From Candidatus Omnitrophota bacterium (GTDB lineage Bacteria; Omnitrophota; Gorgyraeia; Gygaellales; JAMWCP01), in the NCBI GenBank assembly GCA_023819665.1, contig JAMWCP010000001.1, positions 1 through 45,946 on the forward strand: a DNA stretch of 45,946 nucleotides, in the 5' to 3' direction. Made by a program: the position numbers and the translations under genes. Positions 36,319-45,946 of this stretch are shown in pieces. Positions within the stretch are counted from its first letter, which is position 1; the number at the start of each line of letters is the position of its first letter. Under the pieces are notes generated by a model that was given only the letters and a program-made list of their open reading frames with translations, made no database searches and was not told the origin of the DNA.

Positions 36319-38880
36319 GTGGATAGTTCTCTTGTTTTAAAAGAACCCTCAGTATATCTGGTAGATGCTACCGCCTTTTGTTATCGCGCTTTTTATGCAT
36401 TAAAAGGACTTACTACTTCTTATGGGCAGCCTACCAATGCAGTGTACGGCTTTACTAATATGTTAAATAAACTTCTAAAAGAAAACAGCCCATCTTATTT
36501 GGCTGTCTGTTTTGATGTTTCACGCAAAACATTTCGTCAAGAAAAATACTCTGAATATAAAATTACTCGTCCCCCTATGCCTGAGGGGTTAATTAGTCAA
36601 TTGCCTTTTATTCGAGAGATTGTAGATGCTTATCAGCTGTGTCGTTTTGAAATAGAAGGTTTTGAGGCAGACGATATAATTGCTACATTGGTAGAGAGAT
36701 TAAAGAACAAAGATCTATCTGTAGTTATTGTGAGTTCCGATAAAGATGTATTGCAGTTGATTGAAGAAAAGGTAATAGTTTTTAATCCTTATAAGGATAG
36801 GGGAATATTTTATTCTAAGGAGAAAGTATTAAAGCAATACGGTGTGATGCCTGAGAGAATAATAGATATCCTTGCGCTTATGGGTGACGATACAGATAAT
36901 ATCCTCGGTGTACCAGGAATTGGGGAGAAGACAGCTTATCGACTGATAAAAGAATTTAAAAATTTATCTAATCTTATAGATAATATTAATAGAATAGAAC
37001 CTGTGAGTATAAGGGAGTCTATAAAAAAAAATTTAAAAATTATAGAGTTGAATCGTCAACTTCTTGAGCTTAACCGTAAGGTTCCTATTAAATTTAACTT
37101 AGATGATTTAAGGGTTAAGGAGCCGAATTATTTAAAGTTGTATACAATATTTAATAAATTAGAATTTAGAAGTTTTCTAAAAGATTTGCCTATAAAAGAT
37201 AATATTAATCTTTTCAAAATAGAAGGAGTGGTAAATGTAGCCCTAAAGGATCTAATAGACTCTATAGGTGACGAATTAGTAGTTATAGGTGATTATGATA
37301 ACTCAAAAATTCTTCTTTATACAAAATCAAAGAAATTTTCTTGGGTTACTCTTTCGGAAGCAAAAGCAATCTTAGAAGATAATCGGATAAAAAAAATAGG
37401 TTATGATTTAAAAACATTAGCACATTTTTTAAATTTAGAAGGAGTAAAAATTAATAATTTATATTTTGACATAATGGTTGCCAGTTATTTATTAGAACCT
37501 TCAGAACAGGATTACAGTTTAGAGTCTATTGTCTTTAGATATTTTTCAATTATTTTAAAACAACCTAATAAAGAGATCTTTGCAGAGTTAGTTTTGAGAT
37601 TATATTTACTTTTTAAAGAAGAATTAACCAAAAGGTCACTAGATGAACTTTTTTACAGTATGGAAATGCCACTGATTGAGGTTTTGATAGAGATGGAAGA
37701 AAATGGTATAAAGTTTGATAAAGATATTTTAAAGGAGCTCTCTTGCAAAGTGGAGTTAACCTTAAAAGATATAAAAGAGCAGATATTTTTAAATTCAGGA
37801 GAAGAGTTTAATCTTAATTCTCCTAAGCAATTAAGACGGATACTATTTGAAAAATTGAACTTACCAGTAATTAAAAGAACACGCAGTGGACCATCTACAG
37901 ATGAAGAGGTATTAAGGGTTTTAGCTGATAGGCATAAGTTGGCATCTCTTATCCTAGATTATCGTCAGTTAATAAAATTAAAATCTACATACTTAGAACC
38001 ACTTATTAGCAAAATCGATTCTCGTACCCATAAGATCCATGCTCATTTCAGTCAGATTTCTACAGAAACGGGAAGGCTTAGCTGTAGCCATCCTAATCTA
38101 CAGAATTTACCCATAAAATCAGAGATCGCCCGCGCGGTAAGGAAGGCAGTGATACCTGATTCTTTAGATGAGAACTGGTTAGTCTGCGCAGATTATTCTC
38201 AAATAGAATTAAGAATTTTAGCTCATCTTTCTGAAGATCCTCTACTTGTAAAATCATTTCAAGAGGACAGAGATATACATAAGTTTACTGCCTCTTTACT
38301 CTATGGTATAAAACAAGAAGAGGTTACCGAGCAAATGCGCGATACTGCTAAACGGGTTAATTTCGGAATTATCTATGGCTTAAGTGCTTATGGATTATCT
38401 AAAGATCTAAGAATATCTCAGGAAGAAGCGGAGTCCTTTATAGAGGCATATTTTTTGCGTTATCCGAAGGTAAAAGAATTTATAAAAAGGCAGATAGAGA
38501 AAACCAAAGAGGATGGTTTTGTTACTACAATTTTTGGGAGAAGAAGATATTTACCTCATATACATAGTTCTCAGCAGCATCTTTGTAATTTAGCCCACAG
38601 GCAGGCGATAAATACAGTAATTCAAGGAACGGCTGCGGATTTAATAAAATTGGCGATGATCAGTATATCTCAGGCAATTAAGAGACATAAATTGTTTGCA
38701 AAGATGCTTCTACAGATTCACGATGAATTACTGTTTGATATAAATGAGAAAGACTTAGAACAATGTATTGCTTTAATTAAAGATAAGATGGAGAATATCT
38801 ATAAATTTATAGTCCCTATAAAGACAGTAATAAAGAAAGGGAAAAATTGGCTTCAGATGCAGGAAGTAGATAATCTTTAA
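36319..38880 (+). CDS. polA: DNA polymerase I
   Basis: It has a GTG start. The 5'-nuclease domain is present (YLVDATAFCYRAFYA, SSDKD..QL, GDDTDNI.GVPGIGEKTA). The polymerase motifs are A (DYSQIELRILAH), B (R..AK.VNFGIIYG) and C (QIHDEL). The 3'-5' exonuclease motifs look degenerate: DYD for DxE, and YLLEP instead of Yx3D. Proofreading is therefore probably absent, as in Taq-like enzymes. Confidence 0.95.
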   Translation: MDSSLVLKEPSVYLVDATAFCYRAFYALKGLTTSYGQPTNAVYGFTNMLNKLLKENSPSYLAVCFDVSRKTFRQEKYSEYKITRPPMPEGLISQLPFIREIVDAYQLCRFEIEGFEADDIIATLVERLKNKDLSVVIVSSDKDVLQLIEEKVIVFNPYKDRGIFYSKEKVLKQYGVMPERIIDILALMGDDTDNILGVPGIGEKTAYRLIKEFKNLSNLIDNINRIEPVSIRESIKKNLKIIELNRQLLELNRKVPIKFNLDDLRVKEPNYLKLYTIFNKLEFRSFLKDLPIKDNINLFKIEGVVNVALKDLIDSIGDELVVIGDYDNSKILLYTKSKKFSWVTLSEAKAILEDNRIKKIGYDLKTLAHFLNLEGVKINNLYFDIMVASYLLEPSEQDYSLESIVFRYFSIILKQPNKEIFAELVLRLYLLFKEELTKRSLDELFYSMEMPLIEVLIEMEENGIKFDKDILKELSCKVELTLKDIKEQIFLNSGEEFNLNSPKQLRRILFEKLNLPVIKRTRSGPSTDEEVLRVLADRHKLASLILDYRQLIKLKSTYLEPLISKIDSRTHKIHAHFSQISTETGRLSCSHPNLQNLPIKSEIARAVRKAVIPDSLDENWLVCADYSQIELRILAHLSEDPLLVKSFQEDRDIHKFTASLLYGIKQEEVTEQMRDTAKRVNFGIIYGLSAYGLSKDLRISQEEAESFIEAYFLRYPKVKEFIKRQIEKTKEDGFVTTIFGRRRYLPHIHSSQQHLCNLAHRQAINTVIQGTAADLIKLAMISISQAIKRHKLFAKMLLQIHDELLFDINEKDLEQCIALIKDKMENIYKFIVPIKTVIKKGKNWLQMQEVDNL

Positions 38881-38901
38881 AATTATTAAGAAAGGAGGAA
38901 G

Positions 38902-40287
38902 ATGAAAATAGTTATCTGCGCTTCCGAAGTTTTCCCTTTTGCTAAAACTGGTGGTTTAGCAGATGTTACCGGTGCTTTACCTCTGGCTTTAGAAAATTTA
39001 GGAGAAGAGATAAATGTGTTTATGCCCAAATATCAGATGGTTTCCGAAGGAAAATGGCATCTGAGAAAAGTAAAAAATGGTCTTTTTTATACTGTGATTG
39101 GTAAAAATATTAAGGTTTATTTGATAGAGCATAATGATTATTTTAATCGTCCTGGTCTTTATGGAGAGAAAAGCGGAGACTATCCTGATAATTTGGACAG
39201 ATTTGTTTTTTTTACAAAGAAAACATTGGAATTTCTAAAAGATATAGATTTTAAACCAGATGTTATCCATGTACATGATTGGCAGACTTCACTCATTCCT
39301 ATCTATTTAAAAACGATATACAAAGGGGTTTCCTTTTATAAAAATATAAAAGTACTTTTGACTATCCATAATATTGGATATCAAGGATTATTTCCTCGCG
39401 AAGAATTTCATAAGTTAGGACTTGATTGGTCTTTGTTTAATATTGAGGGGCTGGAGTTCTATAATCAAATAAATCTTCTCAAAGGAGGTATAATATTTTC
39501 TGATGCCATAAATACCGTGAGTCCAACCTACAGTAAGGAAATCCAGACTAAAGAATTTGGTTTTGGCCTGGAAGGAGTTTTAGCTAACAAGAAAGACAAA
39601 CTTTATGGTATCCTTAATGGCATAGACTATTCGGTGTGGAATCCTGCCACGGATAAACTTATATTTAGTAATTACTCTCCCGAAGATATTTCTGGTAAGC
39701 ATAAGAATAAGGAGGAGTTACAGAGATTATGTAAATTGCCTATAAGAGATGCGATTCTTTTTGGGATGGTTTCGCGTTTAGCAGAGCAAAAGGGTTGGGA
39801 TATATTAGCAGAAGCAATGGATGAAATATGTAAATTAGATTTGCAGATAGTAATTTTAGGAACAGGAGATTTAAAATACCATCTTATTTTGGAGGAGATC
39901 AGTAGAAAGTATCCTGATATATGTTCTGTCCATCTAAAGTTTGATGAGGTGCTTGCTCATAGAATATACGCCGGTTCAGATGTTTTTCTTATGCCCTCAA
40001 AGTATGAACCCTGTGGTTTAGGACAGATGATAAGTTTAAAGTACGCAACGCCTCCTTTAGTATTTAAAACAGGCGGATTAGCAGATACAGTTTGTGAAGA
40101 CAATGGATTCGTATTTGATACTTACAATAAGGAGGAATTGATAAAGACAATAAAAAAAGCCCTTTCTTTATATAAAGATAAAACTTACTGGAATTCACTT
40201 TTGAGGAGAACTTTTAATTATAATTTCTCCTGGGAAGAGTCCGCAAAAAAATATATAGAACTCTATCGTAAGTTAATGAATCTATAA
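38902..40287 (+). CDS. glgA: glycogen synthase (ADP-glucose type)
   Basis: It has the SE..PFAKTGGLADV N-terminal motif, HDWQT, NGID...WNP and PS.YEPCGL. The length is 461 aa. Confidence 0.9.
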   Translation: MKIVICASEVFPFAKTGGLADVTGALPLALENLGEEINVFMPKYQMVSEGKWHLRKVKNGLFYTVIGKNIKVYLIEHNDYFNRPGLYGEKSGDYPDNLDRFVFFTKKTLEFLKDIDFKPDVIHVHDWQTSLIPIYLKTIYKGVSFYKNIKVLLTIHNIGYQGLFPREEFHKLGLDWSLFNIEGLEFYNQINLLKGGIIFSDAINTVSPTYSKEIQTKEFGFGLEGVLANKKDKLYGILNGIDYSVWNPATDKLIFSNYSPEDISGKHKNKEELQRLCKLPIRDAILFGMVSRLAEQKGWDILAEAMDEICKLDLQIVILGTGDLKYHLILEEISRKYPDICSVHLKFDEVLAHRIYAGSDVFLMPSKYEPCGLGQMISLKYATPPLVFKTGGLADTVCEDNGFVFDTYNKEELIKTIKKALSLYKDKTYWNSLLRRTFNYNFSWEESAKKYIELYRKLMNL

Positions 40288-40289
40288 TA

Positions 40290-40829
40290 TTGATGATTAT
40301 TGGTATCACCGGAAGTTTCGGAACAGGTAAAACCACCGTAGCCAGAATTCTGAGAAGAAAGGGTGCAAAAGTTATTGATGCGGATAAGATAGCCCATAGA
40401 TTTATCAGCCCAACACGAAGAAAAGAACTAGCAAAGATAGTTTTTAAGAAAAGGAAGTATCTTGAGCTTCTTTGTAAGATTTTACATCCTTTAATTATTC
40501 AGCAGATTAAAAAAGAGATAAAGAGATTTAATCCTAATAAAAATATAATTGTTATTGATGCTCCGCTTTTAATTGAAACCGGCTTACATAAAGTAGTAGA
40601 TATGCTAGTGGTAGTTAAAGCAAAGAGAAAAACCCAATTACAGAGAATAAGTGGACGTATGGGTTTAAGTAGAAAAGAAATTCTAAGAAGAATAGACTTT
40701 CAGATGTCTTTGAAAAAGAAGATTAAGTTAGCAGATTTCGTTATAGATAATAATGGTCCAATTACAGAAACAAAAAAGCAGGTAGATTGTCTTTGGCAGG
40801 AAATTTTAAAAAATAACCAAAGGGGGTAG
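40290..40829 (+). CDS. coaE: dephospho-CoA kinase
   Basis: It has [15 protein letters not shown] (P-loop), [13 protein letters not shown], and IDAPLLIE. It is short at 179 aa. The start is TTG at 40290 or ATG at 40293. Confidence 0.85.
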   Translation: MMIIGITGSFGTGKTTVARILRRKGAKVIDADKIAHRFISPTRRKELAKIVFKKRKYLELLCKILHPLIIQQIKKEIKRFNPNKNIIVIDAPLLIETGLHKVVDMLVVVKAKRKTQLQRISGRMGLSRKEILRRIDFQMSLKKKIKLADFVIDNNGPITETKKQVDCLWQEILKNNQRG

Positions 40830-40833
40830 AAAG

Positions 40834-42090
40834 ATGGAGAAGTTAGATATAGGAAGACTTAAAGAGATGAAGATTCCTGAATTAACTAAGTTAGCAAAAG
40901 ATTTGGGTGTTAACAATTTTAGTGGCCTTAAAAAACAGGAGTTGATTTTTAAAATTCTACAAGCACAAACAGAGAAAGAAGGTTATATATTTGGAGAAGG
41001 GATTTTAGAGATTCTCCCTGAGGGTTTTGGGTTTTTGCGTTCTCCAAATTATAATTATCTACCTTGTCCCGATGATATTTATATATCTCCCTCTCAGATA
41101 AGGAAATTTGATTTGAGAACAGGTGATACGGTGAGTGGTCAGATTCGGCCTCCAAAAGAAGGAGAGAAGTATTTTGCGCTTTTGAAAGTGGAAGCAGTGA
41201 ATTTTGAGAATCCAGAGGAGGTAAAAGAAAAAGTTCTCTTTGATAATCTTACCCCTATATATCCACATGAGCGTTTTATTTTGGAAACTGAGCCACATGA
41301 GGTATCTATGCGTATAATGGATTTACTTACCCCCATAGGGAAGGGACAACGTGGTTTAATCGTGGCTGCGCCTTATAGTGGGAAGACCGTGCTTTTACAG
41401 AAGATCGCCAATTCTATTATGCGTAATCATCCGGAGGTATTTCTGATTGTGCTCTTGATTGATGAGCGTCCAGAGGAGGTTACTGATATGCAACGATCAG
41501 TAAAAGGAGAAGTGATTTCTTCTACTTTTGATGAGCTTCCGGAAAGACACGTACAGGTAGCAGAAATAGTTTTAGAAAAAGCAAAAAGATTGGTGGAGCA
41601 CAAGAAGGATGTGGTTATACTTTTAGATAGCATTACTCGTCTGGCGCGTGCATATAACGCCGTAGTTCCCCACAGTGGAAAGGTACTTTCGGGTGGAATT
41701 GAGTCTAATGCCCTTCAGAAGCCTAAGCGTTTCTTTGGAGCAGCGCGTGCCGTAGAGGAAGGGGGAAGTCTTACCATTATTGCTACTGCTTTGATAGATA
41801 CGGGTAGTAGAATGGATGATGTAATTTTTGAAGAATTTAAAGGTACAGGCAATATGGAGCTACAGTTAGATAGAAATCTATTTCAGCGGCGCATCTATCC
41901 CGCTATAGATATAAAGCGTTCTAATACTCGCCATGAAGAGCTTCTTGTTAAACCTGAATATTTACAAAAAATATGGATTCTAAGAAAAGTACTTAATGAG
42001 CTGAATAATATAGAGGCAATGGAACTTTTGATTGAGAAACTTTCTAAGACCAAAACTAATGAGGAATTTTTGAACAGCATGAATCAGTAG
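40834..42090 (+). CDS. rho: transcription termination factor Rho
   Basis: It has a Rho N-terminal domain (L.EL..LAK.LG......KKQELIF.IL), a cold-shock-like RNA-binding domain (GFGFLRS), a Walker A-like loop (APYSGKT), [10 protein letters not shown], and [10 protein letters not shown]. Confidence 0.95.
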   Translation: MEKLDIGRLKEMKIPELTKLAKDLGVNNFSGLKKQELIFKILQAQTEKEGYIFGEGILEILPEGFGFLRSPNYNYLPCPDDIYISPSQIRKFDLRTGDTVSGQIRPPKEGEKYFALLKVEAVNFENPEEVKEKVLFDNLTPIYPHERFILETEPHEVSMRIMDLLTPIGKGQRGLIVAAPYSGKTVLLQKIANSIMRNHPEVFLIVLLIDERPEEVTDMQRSVKGEVISSTFDELPERHVQVAEIVLEKAKRLVEHKKDVVILLDSITRLARAYNAVVPHSGKVLSGGIESNALQKPKRFFGAARAVEEGGSLTIIATALIDTGSRMDDVIFEEFKGTGNMELQLDRNLFQRRIYPAIDIKRSNTRHEELLVKPEYLQKIWILRKVLNELNNIEAMELLIEKLSKTKTNEEFLNSMNQ

Positions 42091-42114
42091 ATAATGATCG
42101 ATAAGGAGGTAATT

Positions 42115-42324
42115 ATGAAAAAGGGAATCCATCCTAAGTATGTTGACTGCACAATCATCTGTGCCTGCGGTGAGGTAATACATACTCGTTCTACCCGTTC
42201 GAACATTCGTGTGGATATCTGTTCAAAATGTCATCCTCTTTTTACGGGAAAACAGAAACTGATAGATTCTGCGGGTAGAGTAGATAAATTTATGAAACGA
42301 TATGGAAGAGAAAGCGAAAAATAA
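42115..42324 (+). CDS. rpmE: 50S ribosomal protein L31 (Cys-containing type A)
   Basis: It begins MKKGIHPKY, preceded by an AAGGAGG SD. It has CxC...[10 protein letters not shown] zinc-type cysteines. The ORF-track start at 42094 is probably too far upstream. Confidence 0.9.
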   Translation: MKKGIHPKYVDCTIICACGEVIHTRSTRSNIRVDICSKCHPLFTGKQKLIDSAGRVDKFMKRYGRESEK

Positions 42325-43375
42325 ACTAGAAGAGTTAAATCATAGGTATATAGAATTAGAGACACTTCTTGTACAGAAAGAGGTTATTCAGGATCCTGTG
42401 CGTTTAGCTCGGTATGCCAAAGAGTTTAACGAATTGAAAGAAAAGTTAGCTCTATATTTTGAATTAAAAAGGATAGAAGAACAGATGAGAGAACTTGAAG
42501 TAATTTTAAAAGAGAGGCACGAGCCTGAATTTCTAAAACTTGTACAGGAAGAATACGAAAAGCTAAAAAAAAGATACAAGGAATCTGAGGAGCAGTTAAT
42601 TTATTTTTTGAATATAAATGAGAGAGACAGTGTTGATAAGGATATTATTATGGAGATACGTGCCGGCACCGGAGGATTAGAGGCGTCTCTGTTTGCTGCT
42701 GATTTATATCGGATGTATACAAAATATGCTACCTCTAAAGGTTGGAAAGTAGAGTTTATTTCTTCTCATCCCACCGAATTAGGGGGTTTTAAAGAGATAA
42801 TTTTTGGGATAAAAGGTGAGGGTGCTTACAATAGATTAAGGTTTGAAAGCGGCGTCCATCGTGTGCAAAGAATACCTACTACGGAAACGCAGGGGAGAAT
42901 TCATACTTCTACGGCGACGGTAGCAGTATTAGAGGAACCCGATCCGATAGAGATAAACATTGATCCTAAGGATTTAAGGATAGATGTATTTCGTTCCTCT
43001 GGTCATGGCGGTCAAAGTGTAAATACTACTGATTCAGCGGTAAGGATTACTCATTTGCCTACGGCAATAGTAGTAAGCTGTCAGGATGAGCGTTCCCAAC
43101 TTAAAAATAAGAATAAGGCAATGCGGGTATTGAGGGCAAGATTGCTTTCTTTAAAGAGAAAAGAAGAGAGCGATAAGGTCTCTTCAATCCGTAGAGCACA
43201 GATTGGTGCGGGAGAACGTAGCGAAAAGATCCGTACCTATAATTTTCCAGATCGCAGAGTTACAGATCATCGTATCGGTTTAACATTACACCGTTTAGAA
43301 GAGATAATGGAAGGAGAGCTTGATTTAATAATTGATGAACTTTTAAAGCATAATATTGATAAACAGTATGAATGA
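42302..43375 (+). CDS. prfA: peptide chain release factor 1
   Basis: It has a PxT-type anticodon tripeptide ([14 protein letters not shown]) and the GGQ motif ([23 protein letters not shown]). Confidence 0.95.
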   Translation: MEEKAKNKLEELNHRYIELETLLVQKEVIQDPVRLARYAKEFNELKEKLALYFELKRIEEQMRELEVILKERHEPEFLKLVQEEYEKLKKRYKESEEQLIYFLNINERDSVDKDIIMEIRAGTGGLEASLFAADLYRMYTKYATSKGWKVEFISSHPTELGGFKEIIFGIKGEGAYNRLRFESGVHRVQRIPTTETQGRIHTSTATVAVLEEPDPIEINIDPKDLRIDVFRSSGHGGQSVNTTDSAVRITHLPTAIVVSCQDERSQLKNKNKAMRVLRARLLSLKRKEESDKVSSIRRAQIGAGERSEKIRTYNFPDRRVTDHRIGLTLHRLEEIMEGELDLIIDELLKHNIDKQYE

Positions 43376-44162
43376 GTGGGAACTTTTATTTACAGAGATA
43401 TTAGGTTGTTTAAGATATGAACTTTATTTAAAAAATAATTTAAAATTCAAACCTTATCAAAGAGATTTTTTATTTGACGCCTTAAAAAGAAGAATGGATC
43501 ACGAACCACTTCAGTATATTCTGGGGAAAACAGAGTTTATGGGATTGGAGTTTAAGGTAAACAAAGATGTTTTTATCCCTCGACCAGAAACAGAGCATTT
43601 GGTAGAACACACATTAAGATTGATATCTTCTTTAGCAAAAGATAGAGAGGTTCTAAGGATTCTGGATTTAGGTACGGGTTCGGGTTGTATTGCTATCTCT
43701 ATTGCAAAATATGTATCTTATAATAATATAGTTATAGATGCAACTGATATATCCCAAGAAGCACTTCATATAGCTAAACTTAATGCCCAATGCAACCAAG
43801 TAAAAATAAATTTTTTACAGACAGATTTATTTTTAGGTTTAAAATTTGGCCTTTATGATATAATTGTAAGCAACCCTCCTTATGTGCCTTCTTCTCAGAT
43901 AGGTAGATTTTCTAAAGAGATTTTTTATGAGCCAGTCATAGCTCTTGATGGGGGAAGAAGGGGTTTGAGATTCTTCTATAGAATTATCAGAGACGCGCAT
44001 CTTTATCTAAAAAAAGATGGGTATCTGATTATGGAAATAGGTTATGGCCAATTGAACTCTATAAAAAAAATATTTAGAAATATAAGAAATTTAAAGATGG
44101 TAGAGGTTATTAAGGATTACACTAATATAGACAGAGTAATAATAGCAAAAAACTATGGATAA
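43356..44162 (+). CDS. prmC: release factor glutamine N5-methyltransferase (PrmC/HemK)
   Basis: It has [15 protein letters not shown]...VFIPRPETE, a SAM motif ([11 protein letters not shown]) and NPPY. It sits directly after prfA. An alternative start is ATG at 43368. Confidence 0.9.
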   Translation: MINSMNEWELLFTEILGCLRYELYLKNNLKFKPYQRDFLFDALKRRMDHEPLQYILGKTEFMGLEFKVNKDVFIPRPETEHLVEHTLRLISSLAKDREVLRILDLGTGSGCIAISIAKYVSYNNIVIDATDISQEALHIAKLNAQCNQVKINFLQTDLFLGLKFGLYDIIVSNPPYVPSSQIGRFSKEIFYEPVIALDGGRRGLRFFYRIIRDAHLYLKKDGYLIMEIGYGQLNSIKKIFRNIRNLKMVEVIKDYTNIDRVIIAKNYG

Positions 44163-45420
44163 ATTGATAATCGAAGGCGGTAGAGTTTTAAAAGGAGAGG
44201 TAACGATTTCGGGAGCAAAGAATGCTTTACTTCCTATTATGGCAGCCACTTTACTTACCGATGAACCTTGTATAATTGAAAATGCTCCTAATCTCAGAGA
44301 CACACATACAATGATAAGAATTCTATGTTCTTTAGGTAAGACTGTAGATTTTAATAAAGATGTGATTAAAATAACTTCTTCCGGCCATTCTTATTATGTG
44401 GCAGACTATAAATTAGTTTCTGTCATGCGTGCTTCTTTTTGTGTTTTAGGTCCTTTAGTAGCAAAATTAGGAAAAGCTAAAGTGTCTTTACCAGGAGGTT
44501 GTGTTATTGGTGTAAGGCCGGTTGATTTACATCTTAAAGGATTAACTTCTTTAGGAGCGCAACTTGATATGGAGGCAGGTTATATCATAGCAAAGGCACC
44601 TAAAGGCCTGAGGGGAACACATATCTATTTAGGAGGTAATTTTGGTTCCTCGGTTTTGGCTACCGCCAATGTAATGATGGCGGCTACTTTAGCTAGAGGT
44701 ATTACTACTATTGAATCTGCGGCGTGTGAGCCAGAGATAGTAGATCTGGCGGAATTTTTAAATAAGATGGGGGCATGCATCAGAGGCGCAGGTACTCATT
44801 ATATTCAGATTGAAGGAAAAAAGCAACTGAGAGGGGCAAAACATAAGATTATTCCGGATCGTATCGAGGCAGGAACATTTATGATTGCGGGGCTTATTAC
44901 AGGCGGCAATATTATTATAAAAAATGTGATCAGTGAACATCTGGGGGCAGTAATTGATAAATTGAGTTTTATGGGGGCAGAGATTAAAAAAGAAAACAAA
45001 GACTTAATAGTAGGTTATAAAAGATATTTAAAGCCCGCCGAGATTGTTACTCTTCCTTATCCGGGTTTTCCAACGGATATGCAGGCGCAGATGATGGCTC
45101 TTTTAAGTGTTACTGAGGGAATAAGTATAATTACAGAAAAAGTTTATCCCGATAGATTTATGCATGTGGCAGAGTTAAATCGTATGGGAGCGCGTATTCA
45201 GAGAGAAGGTCCCCATGCAATTATTCAAGGGGTGGATAACCTCTGCGGTGCCGCGGTAATGGCTTCGGATTTAAGAGCTTCTGCTTCTTTAGTTCTGGCA
45301 GGTTTAGTAGCGCAGGGTACAACTACTGTTTCTCGTACCTACCATTTGGAGAGAGGTTATGAAAATTTAGAAAATAAATTGAGAAATTTAGGAGCGGTGA
45401 TTTATCGTCAAAAGGAGTAA
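44155..45420 (+). CDS. murA: UDP-N-acetylglucosamine 1-carboxyvinyltransferase
   Basis: It has [17 protein letters not shown] and the active-site loop [16 protein letters not shown] (Cys present), plus FPTDMQAQ and RGYE. The length is 421 aa. Confidence 0.95.
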   Translation: MDKLIIEGGRVLKGEVTISGAKNALLPIMAATLLTDEPCIIENAPNLRDTHTMIRILCSLGKTVDFNKDVIKITSSGHSYYVADYKLVSVMRASFCVLGPLVAKLGKAKVSLPGGCVIGVRPVDLHLKGLTSLGAQLDMEAGYIIAKAPKGLRGTHIYLGGNFGSSVLATANVMMAATLARGITTIESAACEPEIVDLAEFLNKMGACIRGAGTHYIQIEGKKQLRGAKHKIIPDRIEAGTFMIAGLITGGNIIIKNVISEHLGAVIDKLSFMGAEIKKENKDLIVGYKRYLKPAEIVTLPYPGFPTDMQAQMMALLSVTEGISIITEKVYPDRFMHVAELNRMGARIQREGPHAIIQGVDNLCGAAVMASDLRASASLVLAGLVAQGTTTVSRTYHLERGYENLENKLRNLGAVIYRQKE

Positions 45421-45421
45421 G

Positions 45422-45946
45422 ATGGTCCTCGTTATAGATAATTATGATTCTTTTACCTATAATCTGGTGCAATATTTGGGAGAATTGGGTAAGAAGTTAA
45501 AAGTGGTAAGAAATGATAAGATAACCATTTCTCAGATTAAAGCGCTGAAACCAGAAAGGATTGTGATTTCTCCCGGACCCGGCAGACCTGAAAATGCAGG
45601 TATTTCTGTGGAAGTAATTAAAGAGTTTTATAAGAAAATACCCATTCTCGGTGTATGTTTAGGACATCAATGTATTGGTTTCTGTTTTGGCGCAAAGATT
45701 GTCTCTGCTAAACGTCTTATGCATGGTAAAACTTCACTCATCTATCATAACCGAAAAACTATCTTTAAGAACCTACCCAACCCTTTTGAGGCAACAAGAT
45801 ATCATTCTTTAGTTATTTCACGCGAAGATCTACCAGATGTTTTAGAGGTTACTGCTTGGGAAAAAGAGGATAGAGAAATTATGGGTATAAAACATAAAGA
45901 GTTTTCTGTTTGGGGGGTACAGTTTCATCCTGAACTACGTTCAAGA
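45422..45946 (+). CDS. glutamine amidotransferase component of anthranilate/aminodeoxychorismate synthase, 3'-truncated by the window edge
   Basis: This ORF is not in the ORF track because no stop lies within the window. ATG at 45422 gives [23 protein letters not shown]...ISPGPG.P...G......[12 protein letters not shown]...YHSL...GVQFHPE, the class I GATase TrpG/PabA signature with the catalytic Cys. Confidence 0.85.
   Translation, partial: MVLVIDNYDSFTYNLVQYLGELGKKLKVVRNDKITISQIKALKPERIVISPGPGRPENAGISVEVIKEFYKKIPILGVCLGHQCIGFCFGAKIVSAKRLMHGKTSLIYHNRKTIFKNLPNPFEATRYHSLVISREDLPDVLEVTAWEKEDREIMGIKHKEFSVWGVQFHPELRSR

Overview
This is an AT-rich, very gene-dense bacterial chromosomal segment. By my tally only about 1.06 kb of 45.9 kb lies outside coding regions. 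It uses the standard bacterial code: TGA is a real stop for cdsA, ispG, trpS, trmD and prfA. I recognise 45 protein-coding genes, two of them truncated by the window edges. All are on the + strand except one SGNH/TPR gene.

Gene content is mostly core housekeeping:
- Glycolysis and NAD: apgM, nadE.
- Nitrogen assimilation: an Lrp/AsnC regulator, an aminotransferase and glnA.
- Isoprenoid, lipid and translation block: uppS-cdsA-dxr-rseP-ispG-proS-rimP-nusA-infB, followed by trpS, scpA, ruvB.
- Queuosine and tRNA modification: mnmG, a queG-like gene, queH, tgt, trmD.
- Other: rplS, polA, glgA, coaE, rho, rpmE, prfA, prmC, murA, trpG/pabA.

Embedded in this is a Wood-Ljungdahl methyl-branch cluster ending in an acetyl-CoA synthase subunit (fhs-fchA-folD-metF-acsB). 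There is also a GH57 branching enzyme with its DUF4912 partner. Together these suggest an anaerobic, probably uncultivated lineage, but I cannot assign a phylum from sequence alone.

I found no rRNA, tRNA, CRISPR array, transposase, integrase or recognisable defence or toxin system, and I do not see a clear-cut novel multi-gene system. The items most worth a second look are:
1. A small Sec-secreted protein carrying a phage tail-fibre-type intramolecular chaperone (S74) domain, wedged between acsB and polA.
2. AcsB with an in-frame extension of about 110 aa that looks like a degenerate dinucleotide-binding oxidoreductase domain. The cluster around it lacks CODH, CFeSP and MetV genes.
3. queH interrupted by exactly one in-frame TGA directly before its CxxC motif.
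4. A ProRS with its editing domain replaced by a CxxC-x14-CxxC knuckle.
5. A TrpRS with a four-Cys Fe-S-type motif.

All functional calls rest on my recognition of conserved motifs in the translated ORFs. No database search was run.
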